From Anthoceros angustus (lineage: Eukaryota > Plantae > Anthocerotophyta): a stretch of DNA of 64,000 nt. The notes beneath the pieces are model-generated. The model was given only the letters and a program-made list of their open reading frames with translations, had not been told where the DNA came from and did not search any database. The position numbers and the translations under genes are program-made. This document shows positions 25,641 through 37,806 of this stretch, piece by piece; positions within the stretch are counted from its first letter, which is position 1, and the number at the start of each line of letters is the position of its first letter. The stretch spans positions 2,604,001 to 2,668,000 of the forward strand of contig VJWM01000025.1 of the NCBI GenBank assembly GCA_010909165.1, read 5' to 3'.

Positions 25641-26791
25641 TATTTTATAACTTAGTCTCCACGTTCTCTTGTAAACTAAGAGGCCGATGTTACAAATGGT
25701 TGAGCCATCGTTGTGAATGTTACAAATGGTTAAGCAATTGTTGTAAATGTTACAAATGGATAAGCCATTGTTGTAAATGAATAAGCCATTATTGTAAAAC
25801 AATGTAGCCACGTTCTAAATATCACATACTTAGCAAAAAAAACTATTTATAAGGATTCGCGTTGTAAAATACCCTTCTCCCCAAGATAACTCAAGACCAG
25901 AGCTTTGAGTTTGGTAAAATGCTCGCCTGCCTTGTGATACCACAACTTTTGTGACCGGTTGTAAGGCTGTCCTTGCTCGCCTCCAACGACATGTATGCCA
26001 GTCCATGCAAATGTCTTCGCCCTCTTAGTACGCCACTCCACAGATTCACGGGTGGCGCATTGTGCTAAGTAGATCACAACCATTAGAGCGTATCAAACTT
26101 ATCCCGATCAATATGAATAACAAGACAAATGCAATACGATGTTGTGCTACTCGAAAAGACAATAGCATATAACCGCTATTGCATTAAAACACATAGCTAT
26201 GATCACCAACATGTGCTCCAAAGTACGGAAACACGGATGTTTCAAGAGCCTCGACACAATGACGTCGGAAGGACAAAAACCTAGTGACAATGCGAAATGA
26301 ATGCTCCATTTGTGCTAGCATCGAGGGAAATACAAAGAAATCCAGCCAAAATTGCTTCTGTTGGCCCGATGATGATCAAGCAAAGTTCTGACGAGGCCAA
26401 ATACGAGCATGCAAATTGCCACTTGGGTTAGATCACTCTCAACCCGTGTCTCACAATTTGTTTCACTAGAACTATATGCATTACCAGCTTCATCTTCACG
26501 TGTAGGCATAGTCATCATTACCTCGCCTATCCTCAACAATTGATTTTCAGCCCCAGATTTGGAATCCGCCAGCAGTTCACTCATAATTAAAATTTGATTG
26601 AAAATACCTAGTGGCTTCCACGTGATTTCCACTTCAAAATAACCAATATTCTCAAATATTATTTTGAGTGAATATTATCAAATAATATTTTTGTATAAAT
26701 ATTGCCGTATATGATAGATCACATGATCTCACGGTCCATGATCCCACAAGTGCTCCACAATTGAGCTACCACAACAAGTTCGCGCACCTAC

Positions 26792-26914
26792 ACCTATACG
26801 GCAGCTCAAGAGCTCCTTGCGCCCTAAACTCCACCTATACGGCAGCTCAAGAGCTCCTTGCGCCCTAAACTCCACCTATACGGCAGCTCAAGAGCTCCTT
26901 GCGCCCTAAACTCC
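26792..26914. repeat. Three perfect tandem copies of a 41-bp unit ACCTATACGGCAGCTCAAGAGCTCCTTGCGCCCTAAACTCC
   Basis: Exact repeat read from the sequence; the context looks LTR-like (CCTTTATATAG at about 27014). Confidence 0.92.
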
Positions 26915-27371
26915 GGCACTTACACGCACTATGAGGCACTCAAGATACCTTCAAGTATGAGGTGAAGGCGATCAACAACTCAAAGTGTATACTTGAAGTG
27001 TCAACTCAAGCGCCTTTATATAGGGAACTGGTCATCTATAATATTAGCTTAGTACATACCTATTTAAGATAATATTAGAATTATTTCTCAAATAGTATCA
27101 TTTAATCATGTTGTTACTTAGATATTAGCTTAGTACATACCTATTTAGGATATTATTGGAAAGATTTCTCAAATATTACCATCTACTTATGTTGTTACTT
27201 CGTATGGTAATTTTTCTATTTCAACTGATTATTTTCTATTTCAGGCCAACCTACAACATTCATGTTTCTTGATTTCTCAAAGTTTATGATCACATTGAAT
27301 GGCAAATCCTATAACCAGTGCCCAACATCCAAAGTCGCTGCGCGGACACAATGTTCTCCCTAGGATATTGG

Positions 27372-27612
27372 ATAATTGGTTAATTGGTTAACTGATTAAT
27401 TAGTTAATTGATTAACTAGTTAATTAGTTAATTAGTTAATTGGTTAATTAGTTAACTGATTAATTGGTTAATTAGTTAACTGGTTAATTGATTAATTCGT
27501 TCATTGGTTTATTAGTTAATTATTTAGTTAGTTAGTTAGTTAATGAACTAATTTGTTGATTGGTTCATCGGTTAATTGGTTAATTGATTAATTGGTTAAT
27601 AAGTTAATTAAT
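27372..27612. repeat. AT-rich (TAATTAGT/TAATTGGT)n microsatellite, duplicated at about 28175-28418
   Basis: Directly visible; part of an about 810-bp tandem duplication (27322-28130 and 28131-28920). Confidence 0.9.
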
Positions 27613-28030
27613 TCGACTGTTTGGCTATGAGAGCTCGAGTTGCTTCCACCTGTTCAGGCAATTGTTTCGTCTCCCACTTCTCAAAGATTTCATCCACGTA
27701 CTTCCACACCTCACCATCCACCTTAGCGACACAATAATCTAGTGTCCTATTGTCCACGAGGCGATGATAACTGACCTTAGGTCCATGCTTGGCTGCATCC
27801 CACTTCGGAACCTTACCCAACCGGGCATATATCTCCAACTTCCAATCTAAGTCACACTTCAGCCCATCCGCTAGCCTGGCCTTCATCTTGATTTTGATGT
27901 ACCTCACACGGTCGATGAAAGTAAAAGTCTTTCTAGCATTCGCAATGGTGTTGTGATCAGTGGCAACTAACCTCATCTCCCCATCCACATGTGAGGCCAG
28001 CAAGAACATATGCATCCATCCTGGGTGGCG
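27608..28030 (-). pseudogene. Fragment of a diverged paralogue of the ParB-like/methyltransferase gene (post-ParB helical region)
   Basis: EMRLVATDHNT..TFTFIDRVRYI..DWKLEIY..LG..VDNRTLDYCVAKVDGEVWKYVDEIFEKWE aligns by eye with EMRVLATDHNT..KMSFIEQVRYL..NWKFNLY..LG..VDNRTHILCIAKLEGRVWENVDKIFAKWE at about 48540-48850. Confidence 0.8.
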
Positions 28031-28399
28031 ATGCAATGACTCCCATGGGGACAACGAGCAAGGTATACCCCAGAGTTATCAAGGGCAGAGCTGCACTCGC
28101 AGGTAAGAAGGAAAGACGCCATGGCAAGGCCCAACATCCAAAGTCACTTGGACACAATGTTCTCCTAGGATATTGGATAATTGGTTAATTGGTTAACTGA
28201 TTAATTAGTTAATTGATTAACTAGTTAATTAGTTAATTAGTTAATTGGTTAATTAGTTAACTGATTAATTGGTTAATTAGTTAACTGGTTAATTGATTAA
28301 TTCGTTCATTGGTTTATTAGTTAATTATTTAGTTAGTTAGTTAGTTAATGAACTAATTTGTTGATTGGTTCATCGGTTAATTGGTTAATTGATTAATTG

Positions 28400-28820
28400 G
28401 TTAATAAGTTAATTAATTCGATTTGTTTGGCTATGAGAGCTCGAGTTGCTTCCAATTGCTCGTGCAATTGTTTCGTCTCCCACTTCTCAAAGATTTCATC
28501 CACGTACTTCCACACCTCACCATCCACCTTAGCGACACAATAATCTAGTGTCCTATTGTCCACGAGGCGATGATAACTGACCTTAGGTCCATGCTTGGCT
28601 GCATCCCACTTCGGAACCTTACCCAACCGGGCATATATCTCCAACTTCCAATCTAAGTCACACTTCAGCCCATCCGCTAGCCTGGCCTTCATCTTGATTT
28701 TGATGTACCTCACACCTACGATGAAAGTAAAGTCTTTCTAGCATTCTCGCAATGGTGTTGTGATCAACTAACCTCATCTCCCCATCCACATGTGAGGCCA
28801 GCAAGAACATATGCATCCAT
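28400..28820 (-). pseudogene. Tandem second copy of the same ParB-family fragment
   Basis: ORF 28393-28713 is nearly identical to 27608-28054. Confidence 0.8.
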
Positions 28821-31480
28821 CCCGGTGGCGTGCAATGACTCCCATGGGGACAACGAGCAAGGTATACCCCGAGTTATCAAGGGGCGTGAGTACGCGAAGA
28901 AGGAAAGACGCCATCGGCCAAGGTGCCAAGACGGAATCTCATCGCAGTGGTGAAGGTGACTGGTGCGATGACAAAACCCCGTATACATGGACGAGCCAGA
29001 AGTCAAGTGCCTGCACCCTTACCAGAACAAGAGCGAAGCCGAGCTCTCGTGGACCTAGGGATGGAGGAGTCCAAGAGGACAAACTGGAAAGCCTGGCCAA
29101 GCTGCTTCTCAAGCAACAACGCTTGCATAAACGTCGAGAAAGGAGGAAAATCCCGCCTAGCATCCGCAGAAAGAAGTTCCCTTGTCCTAGAGGATGAAGC
29201 GAGAGGCCAGAGCAAGAGTTGATAGGGTCTAGCTACTTAGAAAAGCCACCGGGGAAGAAACCTCTAGTGAGAGAAGGCCAGCGCCCCCAAACTGCACTGG
29301 CATGGATGCTTGCCAGCGGGCCAATTCACCCGCAGGGCACTCGAAAGCCCCTGGGCCCACGATATCACCAAGAGTATCCATTATCTTCCTGTCAAACCCC
29401 TGAAGTCGAAACATGAGAACCGGAGTCGGAGGCGTCTGAGATGAAGTGACTGTGGCGCCTAGCAAAGGAGGAAAGAATTCCAAAGCCCACAGGCATCCCC
29501 CAGAGAGAGGTCTTGACATGGGACAGTCCTCATGAGCTCTGTCCAGAAGCTCCCAATGAAGTCAGGGGAGCTGAAGGGGACCCACAAAATCCGTAGACCC
29601 AAGGCCGGAGCAATCTCCCCAGCAGGGAACTGCAAAGTGGGGAGGATACCCGACAGGGACCAAACGTGGCACTTAGAGAGCTTTGCTTTTAAGCCGACCA
29701 AAGAAAGCTCATGGGAGAAGAGCTGGAAGGCCTCCTAAACCTTGTCTTCAGGCCCAAGGATATGAGAGTCATCTGCCAGCGACGGGAAGACACAGTCATG
29801 TGCAAAGGAAGTAGCCCTAGAAAGGGCTCTGTTGTGGGCGATGGCAAAGAGGGCACCACCTAGAGGGTCACCTTGCCTGGTACCTGTGGCTGATTCCAAG
29901 ATGGAAACAGCAAATCCCGAAGAGACATTCCTGTACTGATAGTAGAGATTGGAAGACGTCCCGTAGAAGCACCGGACAAAAGGTATAAGGCTCCCCAGGA
30001 CACCACTAGCGTCCCTGAGCTCCTCGAAGATGATGCTCCTAGAAATGGTATTGAAGGCGTTTTCAACATCCACCTGAAAAACAACCCAATTCGGGTGGGT
30101 GTCAAGGCATGCCTACACGCCAAACACCACGAACTCGCAACCCCCCGAAGTAGCAATGCCAAATTGTAGTGGGTTAAGGTGCTGCTGGAGGAGGGAGCGG
30201 CACTGAAGGGCAATAGCACGGTTAAGGAGCCACATGAAGGCTCCCCAAATGCAAGTGGACGCACGCCAGATCCCGGGGCAAGCTTATCCATAGCGATGAG
30301 CCTGCTAGTTGAAAGGACTTGAGAGGTGAGGCGTTTCCCCCTATGCCATAGCAGCAGCCAGGGAAAGAGTTGCGGAAAGCCGCTGGATGGGTCTTCAGGA
30401 AGAAAAAGGTCTCGAAGATGCTCAAACACCATCCCAGATAGCTCGGCAGAAGAAAGACGTGGGCCGTAGAGAGAGCCAGAGCAAAAGTCGCGCGGTCTAG
30501 GGAGAAGGGGTCCTCAGGGACATAGTTGAGTGTGTCCGGGGGAATGGCATTTTTCGGGGCTGGATGGAGGGCACGAAGGGCCGCAATAGTCTCCTCAGAA
30601 GCAGGGGCCAAAGGAAGGGGGCAGAGAGCCTTGGTAGCTCGGGCATATTCACCTCCCTAACCTAACAACTTGCAGTGCCGCAAGTTCGCTACCACCCCGG
30701 GGCTTGTTCCACCTGCAGCGCGGATTCTGCCCGTACCTTGGAAGCCCGCAATGCCTCCTCTTGAAGAGATGCCAAATCACCAGCCCGAAAGCAACGGAGG
30801 CGACTGGCGACCTCCCGATGACCAGAAGCCCCGCCCCTAGTACAACGCAGACACCATCGCGATAGAAGAAGACACCAGGCCAGCTCGTCCTGGGAGTCGA
30901 GCGCAAGGCGATTCAGAGCAAGACGGAATGCTAAGCGGGCATCATCATGGAGGTGCTTGGAAATCCTGCGAAAGATGCACGGGCATGGAGAGCGGGTTTC
31001 AAACAACCCAAGGACGTGATCTTGCTGAGCACACAACCAATCCCATGATGATAGAGGCACCCTTAGAAGAACGACACCAGACGCTGAAACCTGTGCCACG
31101 GAGCTGGTGGAGGTCGCAAGACGTACTTGGGCAGCCCAAGTAATCCGGTCAAAGTCTTTATTCATGTGCCCAATGAGGCCGTTTTCACCCCCTTAATGCC
31201 GCAATAGAGCAAAGCATAGACTGGACAGGGAGTGTCCTTGACGGTCACAGAAGGTGTGGACCGCCCCATCGCACAGAGAAGAATTTACAGAGAGAGAACA
31301 AACTGCAGACACTAGCCTGGGGATGACAGGACCAAGGAGGCACCGGGGACCGGGGACAAAGAGTCCCTGACCCTTACTGGACATATAAAGTTTTAGCTCC
31401 GAATGGAAAACCCCAAGAAGACGAGCCAAAAGGCCCCGCCTAGAGGGGATGCAGTCCACCATAGCACTGGCAACCTACCA
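28815..31480 (-). mobile_element. CRE-clade (RLE-type) non-LTR retrotransposon, frameshifted, 3' end truncated
   Basis: STSRLIAMDKL..GVRPLAFGE; DVENAFNTISR; GTRQGDPLGGALF; SLADDSHILGP; RWQASMPVQFGGAGL; ARLRSCSGKGAG..AMRFRLG; start of a CCHC finger LARCPHG. Confidence 0.85.
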
Positions 31481-32240
31481 GAGCAATACTCGCACCGGCC
31501 AACTTCTTGTCCGCTGATTGTTTATATGCAAATACAAATCTCCAGCGCTTCACCTAGGAATATTCAATAGCATTCTGCTGCCTACGCACGCACCGAGCCA
31601 AGCCGTTGTACCATCGCCGATGCTCTCTATGTCAAATGCTCACCACGGTGAAGAATGCCTACTTGATTGCCACAAGAACGAACACAATGACAGTCAGAAA
31701 CACAAGATTCTCATTCATGGTGAGGGATGTGATACTGAAGAATGTGTGAGCTTCCAAGTAGCACTCAACACGTAAGTTCAGCTGGCAACGCTTATCTCGA
31801 CATCCCCTCACATCACTCACCAAGCTCTATTCCAAGCCGCTCCATACCACACCACCTATATCGCAAATAAGACAAAAAAGCATGTATGTTTATCAATTTA
31901 CTATATACTGAATATGTGGTATTGAATAAAACATTGCGTTACGCGCTTAGGTGTTTCCTGTCCCTGCGAGTACATATGTTGTGAATAAACTGGTTAGTGT
32001 TTCTAATTGGCCTTGTCCCTCCAATTATGTTGTAGTGAATAAACTATTGTGTTACGTGGTTAGTGTTTCTAATGCTTTTGCCTTGAATTTGAACATCACA
32101 CAACATTCGGAGCAGGGAGGGCCAACGGGTTAAGGAGCCTGGCACAAGGAAGGTGGAAGGGAGGAAGGAGCCTGTGCACAAGAACACAGCCTGCGAGCGC
32201 TGCTAACGTAAGCTGGCCAAGGAGGTGCGTGGAGAAAAGC

Positions 32241-33433
32241 ATGGCGATGCCGAGTCCGCCCTCGTATCAGCGCTTCCCTACTGTACGCATTTTGGTGGCG
32301 AGAAACGAATACCTCCAATTTGAGCTGCGGGATACGGACGCCAGCATAGCCAATGCTCTCCGCCGGGTCATGATAGCCGAAGTTCCCACACTGGCCATCG
32401 ACGTGGTGGAGATCGAGGAAAACTCGTCGGTGCTCCCTGACGAGTTTCTGGCGCACAGACTCGGCCTTATTCCCCTCACCAGCGGGCGCGCATTTCTAAT
32501 GAAGATGCCTGCCGAGTGCCAAAGATTTAGAGGTGACGGACATACGAGGTGCGCAATTATCGTTTCTTCCTTCAGCGTAACAGACGTGTCGTTCTGTCCT
32601 AGGGTTGATGCGAGATAGAGTGAGCAATTCTAACATGTCATTATTCCGGCCTGCAGATGCGAGGACTGCTCTGTGGAGTTCCATTTGAGTGTGAAGTGCG
32701 AAACAGATGAGGATCTGAACGTCACAAGCAATGATCTTCGGAGCTCAGATGCAACTTGTTATCCTGCGCCCGATCCTGACAACGATCTAAAAGACAAGTA
32801 AGATCGATTCAGTTGGCCCGTTCTTTGTTTTGTGTACTGTACAATGGTGCAGGCCCTGCTTCACAAGCGTGGTATGCTTGCTCAGGGGGATTGTGATCAC
32901 AAAGTTAGCAAAAGGTCAAGAACTGAAACTCCGGGCCTTCGCGAAGAAAGGCGTCGGGAATCAACACTCGAAATGGTCTCCTGTCGCGACTGTTACCTAT
33001 CGAAATGAGGCTGATATCCAGATTAACGACGCTCTGATGGAAACTCTCACACTCCGGGAAAAACAGGAATTCATAGCCTCTTCTTCAAGCAAGATTTTTA
33101 AATTACACCCGGTTACTAACAAGGTGTGCTTTCAAATCACTATCTTTTGCCATTCTGTGTGCGCACAAAAATTTCAATGTGGAGAATAAGGTGATGCCTA
33201 TGCAGGTCACGCTCGTGGAGCCCCAGTACGCGGATTTCTATAACTTCGACGAGGAAGTGTTGCGTAAAGCTGAGGCCATGGGGAAGCCTGGTCTGGTGTC
33301 CATCATTCGACTTGAGGACAGGTTCATCTTCGAGGTGGAATCCACTGGCGTGCTCACGGCTATTCAGATCGTCATGAATGCCATTGACACATTGAGGCAG
33401 AAGCTGAATTCCATCAGGGTAGGACCAATCTGA
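32241..33433 (+). CDS. RPB3: RNA polymerase II/IV/V third-largest subunit RPB3-like, copy A; exons 32241-32548, 32657-32797, 32886-33123, 33206-33433 (304 aa)
   Basis: [62 protein letters not shown]; CEDCSVEF; [23 protein letters not shown]; [10 protein letters not shown]; FEVESTG. Three GT-AG introns with consistent phases (2,2,0) give an uninterrupted 915-nt ORF. Confidence 0.93.
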
Positions 33434-34119
33434 TTGCGGGGACGGTAGGTGTTGGACCAAAGGACACCACACAAAATCACAAAAATATCTGAATCATGCC
33501 ACCTTCATTTGCAGGGCCAATTCTCTCGTGCCGACTCTGAGCTCCTTCGCATGCCTAGGTCATCCTAGAAACATCGGACCTTGTAATCTGGTGCTCATGC
33601 GTTTATTCGGAAGCTAGCCCGATTCTGTCCGCCTGTTCTCCTCTTCTCCTCGGGAAATTGCAATGTTAACATCATTGTGGGAGGAAGCACACGGAACGAC
33701 AGAGAGCTGCGGAAAGTTATGTCCGTTGAAGAGCCAGTCCCGTGTGTTTCGATGCGATACCATTTCCATTTCTTGTTGAAACGAGGCGAGCGAGAGCTTG
33801 TTGGAAAGAGCTTTCGTGGAGAACATGGTTTCCAGTTTTTCAGAATTAAAAATCATTGAAATCGACTCTATAAGGGCTAAAATTGACTTCTCGAGAATTT
33901 TTGAACAAAAACTTTGCCCCAGAAAACTTCGTCGTGCTGGGTTAAGTTCCAAGGCTAAGTGGTTAAGTAAGGTCCTTAACGGACAGGAGCCCGTGGGTTA
34001 AGGTCCAAGGAGCCTGGCCTAAGAAAGGTGAAAAGGGTATAAAATGAGCCTTTGTACATGAAGGGATAGAATGCGAACGCTGGTAATGTAAGGAGGTGCG
34101 TGGAGACGAAAGCGTGGAG

Positions 34120-35302
34120 ATGGACAATCTGCGCCCGCATCAAGGCTTCCCGACTGTGCGTATTTTGTATTCGCGAAACGATTACCTCCGATTTCAGCTG
34201 CGGGATACGGACGCCGACATAGCTCAGACTCTCCAACGGATTATGATGCACGAAATTCCCACACTGGCTATCGACGTGGTGGAATTTACGATCAACACAT
34301 CGGAGGAGCCGAACGACCTTCTGGAGACAATACTCCTCATTATTCCCCTCACCAGCGATCGAGCAAGTAGAATGAAGATGCCTGCCGAGTGCTGTGAGTG
34401 CGATGGACTCACCAGGTGCGCGATTGTCGGTTTGTCCTAGGGTTTTGATGCGAGTCATAAGTGAGCAATTCTAACATATTCCGGCCTGCAGTTGCGAGCA
34501 TTGCGCTGTGGAGTTGAATTTGCATGTCAGGTGTGATTCCGATGATGTTCTGTTCGTAACCAGCAATGATATTCGGAGCTCGGATGGAACTGTTATCCCT
34601 GTGCGGCAACCTAGGACTCAGAGAGATACAGAAGACCTGTAAGTAAGATCAAGAATATGCAATGCGGTGGGCCAATCCTTTCTTTGTGATACGGTACCAC
34701 GTTGCAGGCCCTGCTTCACAAGCGTACACTGAACAAGATCCTGTGGTATGCTGGCTCAGGGGCATTTTGGTCACAAAGTTGAAACGAGGTCAAGAACTGA
34801 AATTCCGGGCCCTCGCGAGGAAAGGCATCGGGACGCAACACCCGAAATGGATACCTGCGACTGTTCAGTACAAAAATGAGGCTGATATCCAGATTAACGA
34901 CGCTCTGATGGAAAATCTCACACTCCAGGAAAAACAGGAATTCATAGCCTCTTGTCCAACCAAGACGTTTGAATTAGATCCGGTTACGAAGAAGGTGTGC
35001 TTCAATCCAGGCTTCCTTGTTCCTATCTTTTGCCCTTTCTCGTGCACAGCAATATCAATATGGACACTAAGGTGATGCCTATGCAGGTCAAGCTCGCAAC
35101 AGGTCCGGGAGTGGAGGCTTACTGCTACGGTAGAAAACTGAAGAACGTGTTGCGTAAAGCAGAGGCCATGGGAAAACCTGGTCTAGTATCCATCATTCGA
35201 CTTCAGGACAGCTTCATCTTCGAGGTGAAATCGACTGGATCGCTCACGGCTCCTCAGATCGTCATTGATGCATTTGACAAATTGACGCAGGAGATGTTCT
35301 AG
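34120..35302 (+). CDS. RPB3: Divergent RPB3 paralogue, copy B; exons 34120-34415, 34492-34638, 34760-34994, 35087-35302 (297 aa)
   Basis: Same intron positions as copy A; the spliced ORF of 894 nt has no stops. The N-terminal signature is altered (AQTLQRIMMHEIPTLAID; NDLLETILLIIPL). Confidence 0.85.
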
Positions 35303-35504
35303 TTTCCATCATTCGACTTGAGGAAAGCGTCATCTTCGAGGCGGAATCGATGGAGCGCGCACGGCTACTCGGATCAAGGATGTCATTGACACATTGAGGC
35401 AGAAGCTGGCTTCCATTACGGTCTTGGACTTGGAAGGGGAAGATCCATTCGAGGAGTGCATTCCGCTCAACCCTACCCCGCGATTCGCGGACGCAATGTT
35501 CTGA
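35303..35504 (+). pseudogene. Duplicated 3' piece of RPB3 exon 4 (frameshifted)
   Basis: TCCATCATTCGACTTGAGGA..TCATCTTCGAGG..GTCATTGACACATTGAGGCAGAAGCTG repeats the end of exon 4 immediately after the copy B stop. Confidence 0.75.
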
Positions 35505-36402
35505 TGACCTAGGGACAAAACCACCACAGATGCATCAGAGTGCCTTCTTCCCTGACGGGACCAATCAATCTTCTAGTGCCGAATCTGAACTCATTCGCAT
35601 GCCCAGGTGCAGTCTAGAAACTGCGGACCTTGTAATCTGGTGCATATGCGTTAACGAACATTGAAGCTAGCCGGTGCTCACGAGCAGCGCGTGAACTATC
35701 AAGAAGTGTAACTGCGATGTGCTTACTGTCCGAGGAGTCTCACTCATCGTAGATCGAAAGGATGGTTCCTGTTCTCCTCCGGAATTCGGCAAGGTTCACA
35801 TCATTGTGCAAGAAAGCAGATGGAAAGTTGTCATATATTGCACATCAGAGAGCCGTCTATTGCCGATGCGCTTATTGATGGAAGCCCACGACTTCGTCGC
35901 ATTCTTCCGTGGGCTAATCCGAGGACTGACCGCACAGCGCCTGTGAGCAGAGTTGGCCAGCACAACTTGTTTTCCGAACACCTGGAGAGGGGAGGCAGGA
36001 ACGTGTCCGGGGGACCTGGCGCGCAGTGTGACGAGAATGTGGTGAACAGTAGAGTGAGTGGAGCATTATCAGGCAATCGTGCGCATGCGGCTAACCCCGA
36101 AAATCTTGACCACATGACGGACTGTTCCAGCTCAAGCTTGACTCTAGTGGCCGAGGCTTTCAGGGGCCGGGCTTCTCGTGAAATTGGTTGCCGAGAGATA
36201 ATGCGGTGAGGAAGTCGGGAGGCAGAGCAGTGAGCTTTTCTTTCGAGATCTGGGATTTCTGGAAATACTCCACCTTAAGGCATGGGGAATGGATGCTGAA
36301 CATGTGCATGCATGTTGACTGCCAGGGTCCAGTGCGAGAGTGCAGGTTTGAACTGTTGCACAGCCCCTGATCAAACCAGGGGTCCTGCAGCTGCTGATGA
36401 AG

Positions 36403-36408
36403 TATAAA
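36403..36408 (+). promoter_or_regulatory. TATA box of repeat-protein gene 1
   Basis: TATAAATGGGCA about 110 bp upstream of the ATG, conserved in the paralogous promoter at 39415. Confidence 0.6.
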
Positions 36409-36515
36409 TGGGCAATGCCTGCAGTGACTGCCATCAGAGTCTTTCATCATCCACTCTTGGTGATCGAGAGCAGCTGCCAGCTTAAAGTCTGTCCCTGAGT
36501 GAAGTAGCCTGCAAC

Positions 36516-37206
36516 ATGGGGCTCCGACTGCTGGGTCTGTTGCTGGTGCTGTTTGTTGCTGTATCCCTTGTTCAGGAAGCGAGCGCGCGATATGACTTGC
36601 CTGAGCAGAAGTTTAAGCCGGGGAAGGGACATGCTTATGGATACGGCAAGCCGAAGGAGGTGAAGAAGCCCGAGTACAAGAAGCCCGAGGAGAAGCCATA
36701 CAAGAAGCCCAGGAGAAGCCATACAAGAAGCCTGAGGAGAAGCCATACAAGAAGCCTGAGGAGAAGCCATACAAGAAGCCTGAGGAGAAGCCATACAAGA
36801 AGCCTGAGGAGAAGCCATACAAGAAGCCTGAGGAGAAGCCATACAAGAAGCCTGAGGAGAAGCTGTACAAGAAGCCGAGGAGAAGCCATACAAGAAGCCT
36901 GAGGAGAAGCCATACAAGAAGCCTGAGGAGAAGCCTTACAAGAAGCCTGAGGAGAAGCCATACAAGAAGCCCGAGGAGAAGCCATACAAGAAGCCCGAGG
37001 AGAAGCCTTACAAGAAGCCCGAGGAGAAGCCTTACAAGAAGCCCGAGGAGAAGCCAGGCAAGGGTCATGCCTATGGATACGGCAAGCCCAAGAAGCATGA
37101 GGAGAAGAAGCCCGAGTACAAGCCAAAGCCGGTGGAATACAAGCCTGCTTCACCCCCGGCCTACACCAAGCCCGAGGAGAAGCCGTCTTCTCCTCCCAAG
37201 TACTGA
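36516..37206 (+). CDS. Secreted Lys/Pro/Glu/Tyr-rich repeat protein, copy 1 (16 KPEEKPYK units); two single-base deletions in the repeat (error or pseudogene)
   Basis: Signal-peptide-like MGLRLLGLLLVLFVAVSLVQEASA, GKGHAYGYGK flanks and 24-nt repeats. Frameshifts at about 36710 and 36876; restoring two bases gives an ORF ending SPPKY*. Confidence 0.8.
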
Positions 37207-37806
37207 GCCCATCACCGGACACCGGGGACAGCGCGCTGACATCTGCCCAGTACCAGGTACTTTAGAATCGTGAATGTCTCGCATTGCTTCTGCAGCTTCG
37301 GAAGGAGTAACCTGAAGTTCATCCTTCTCACATCTCTGGAACCTCGTGCGGCAGGATCACCCGGAATTGACCATGGAAGCTACGAGATCTCAACGACTCT
37401 GTGTGAAGTGAAAACGTTTCTGGCGAGTTTCCAAAAATTGTAGGAATTCTTTTGCAGCCCTTCCTATCAAAGTGGCTGTGCTTTGAAGAGAGTAGGACAC
37501 ACATCTGTTCTGGTTGCCAGAATTGGGAACCGATCTGCACCAGTGCACATGTTGTAAATAAATCTTCAAAGATTACTGAATTTCAATCCTCCTTTGCGTT
37601 TCTCTTTCATTGCATGGACTGGCATAGCTGATGAGTCCAGCAGTAGTACTGCACATGGCAGGCACTTCAGCCAATGAGTGGCTGCGTAGCTCAGAAACAT
37701 GGTGGCCTTCCTAACATCGTTGCATCAACTTCAATTCTCCAGGCGAGATGTTGGAGCATTGGTATCGTAAGCTGGCCAAGGAGGTGCGTGGAGACGAACT
37801 AGCGAG

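Noticed and set aside
31518-31775. 85-aa His/Cys-rich ORF upstream of RPB3-A
   Set aside because: No recognisable motif, and no support from codon or splice structure.
32241-33433. Prokaryotic RpoA/RpoD or bacterial contamination
   Set aside because: Three spliceosomal introns and eukaryote-specific RPB3 segments show it is a nuclear gene.
35820-36240. ORF-like spacer conserved with 38959-39303
   Set aside because: The similarity is explained by the cassette duplication; reading frames are not maintained at the ends and no domain is recognisable.
36447-37222. Minus-strand and alternative-frame ORFs over the repeat genes (also 39491-40211)
   Set aside because: Shadow ORFs of the 24-bp repeat; the plus-strand frame has the signal peptide, TATA box and paralogous conservation.
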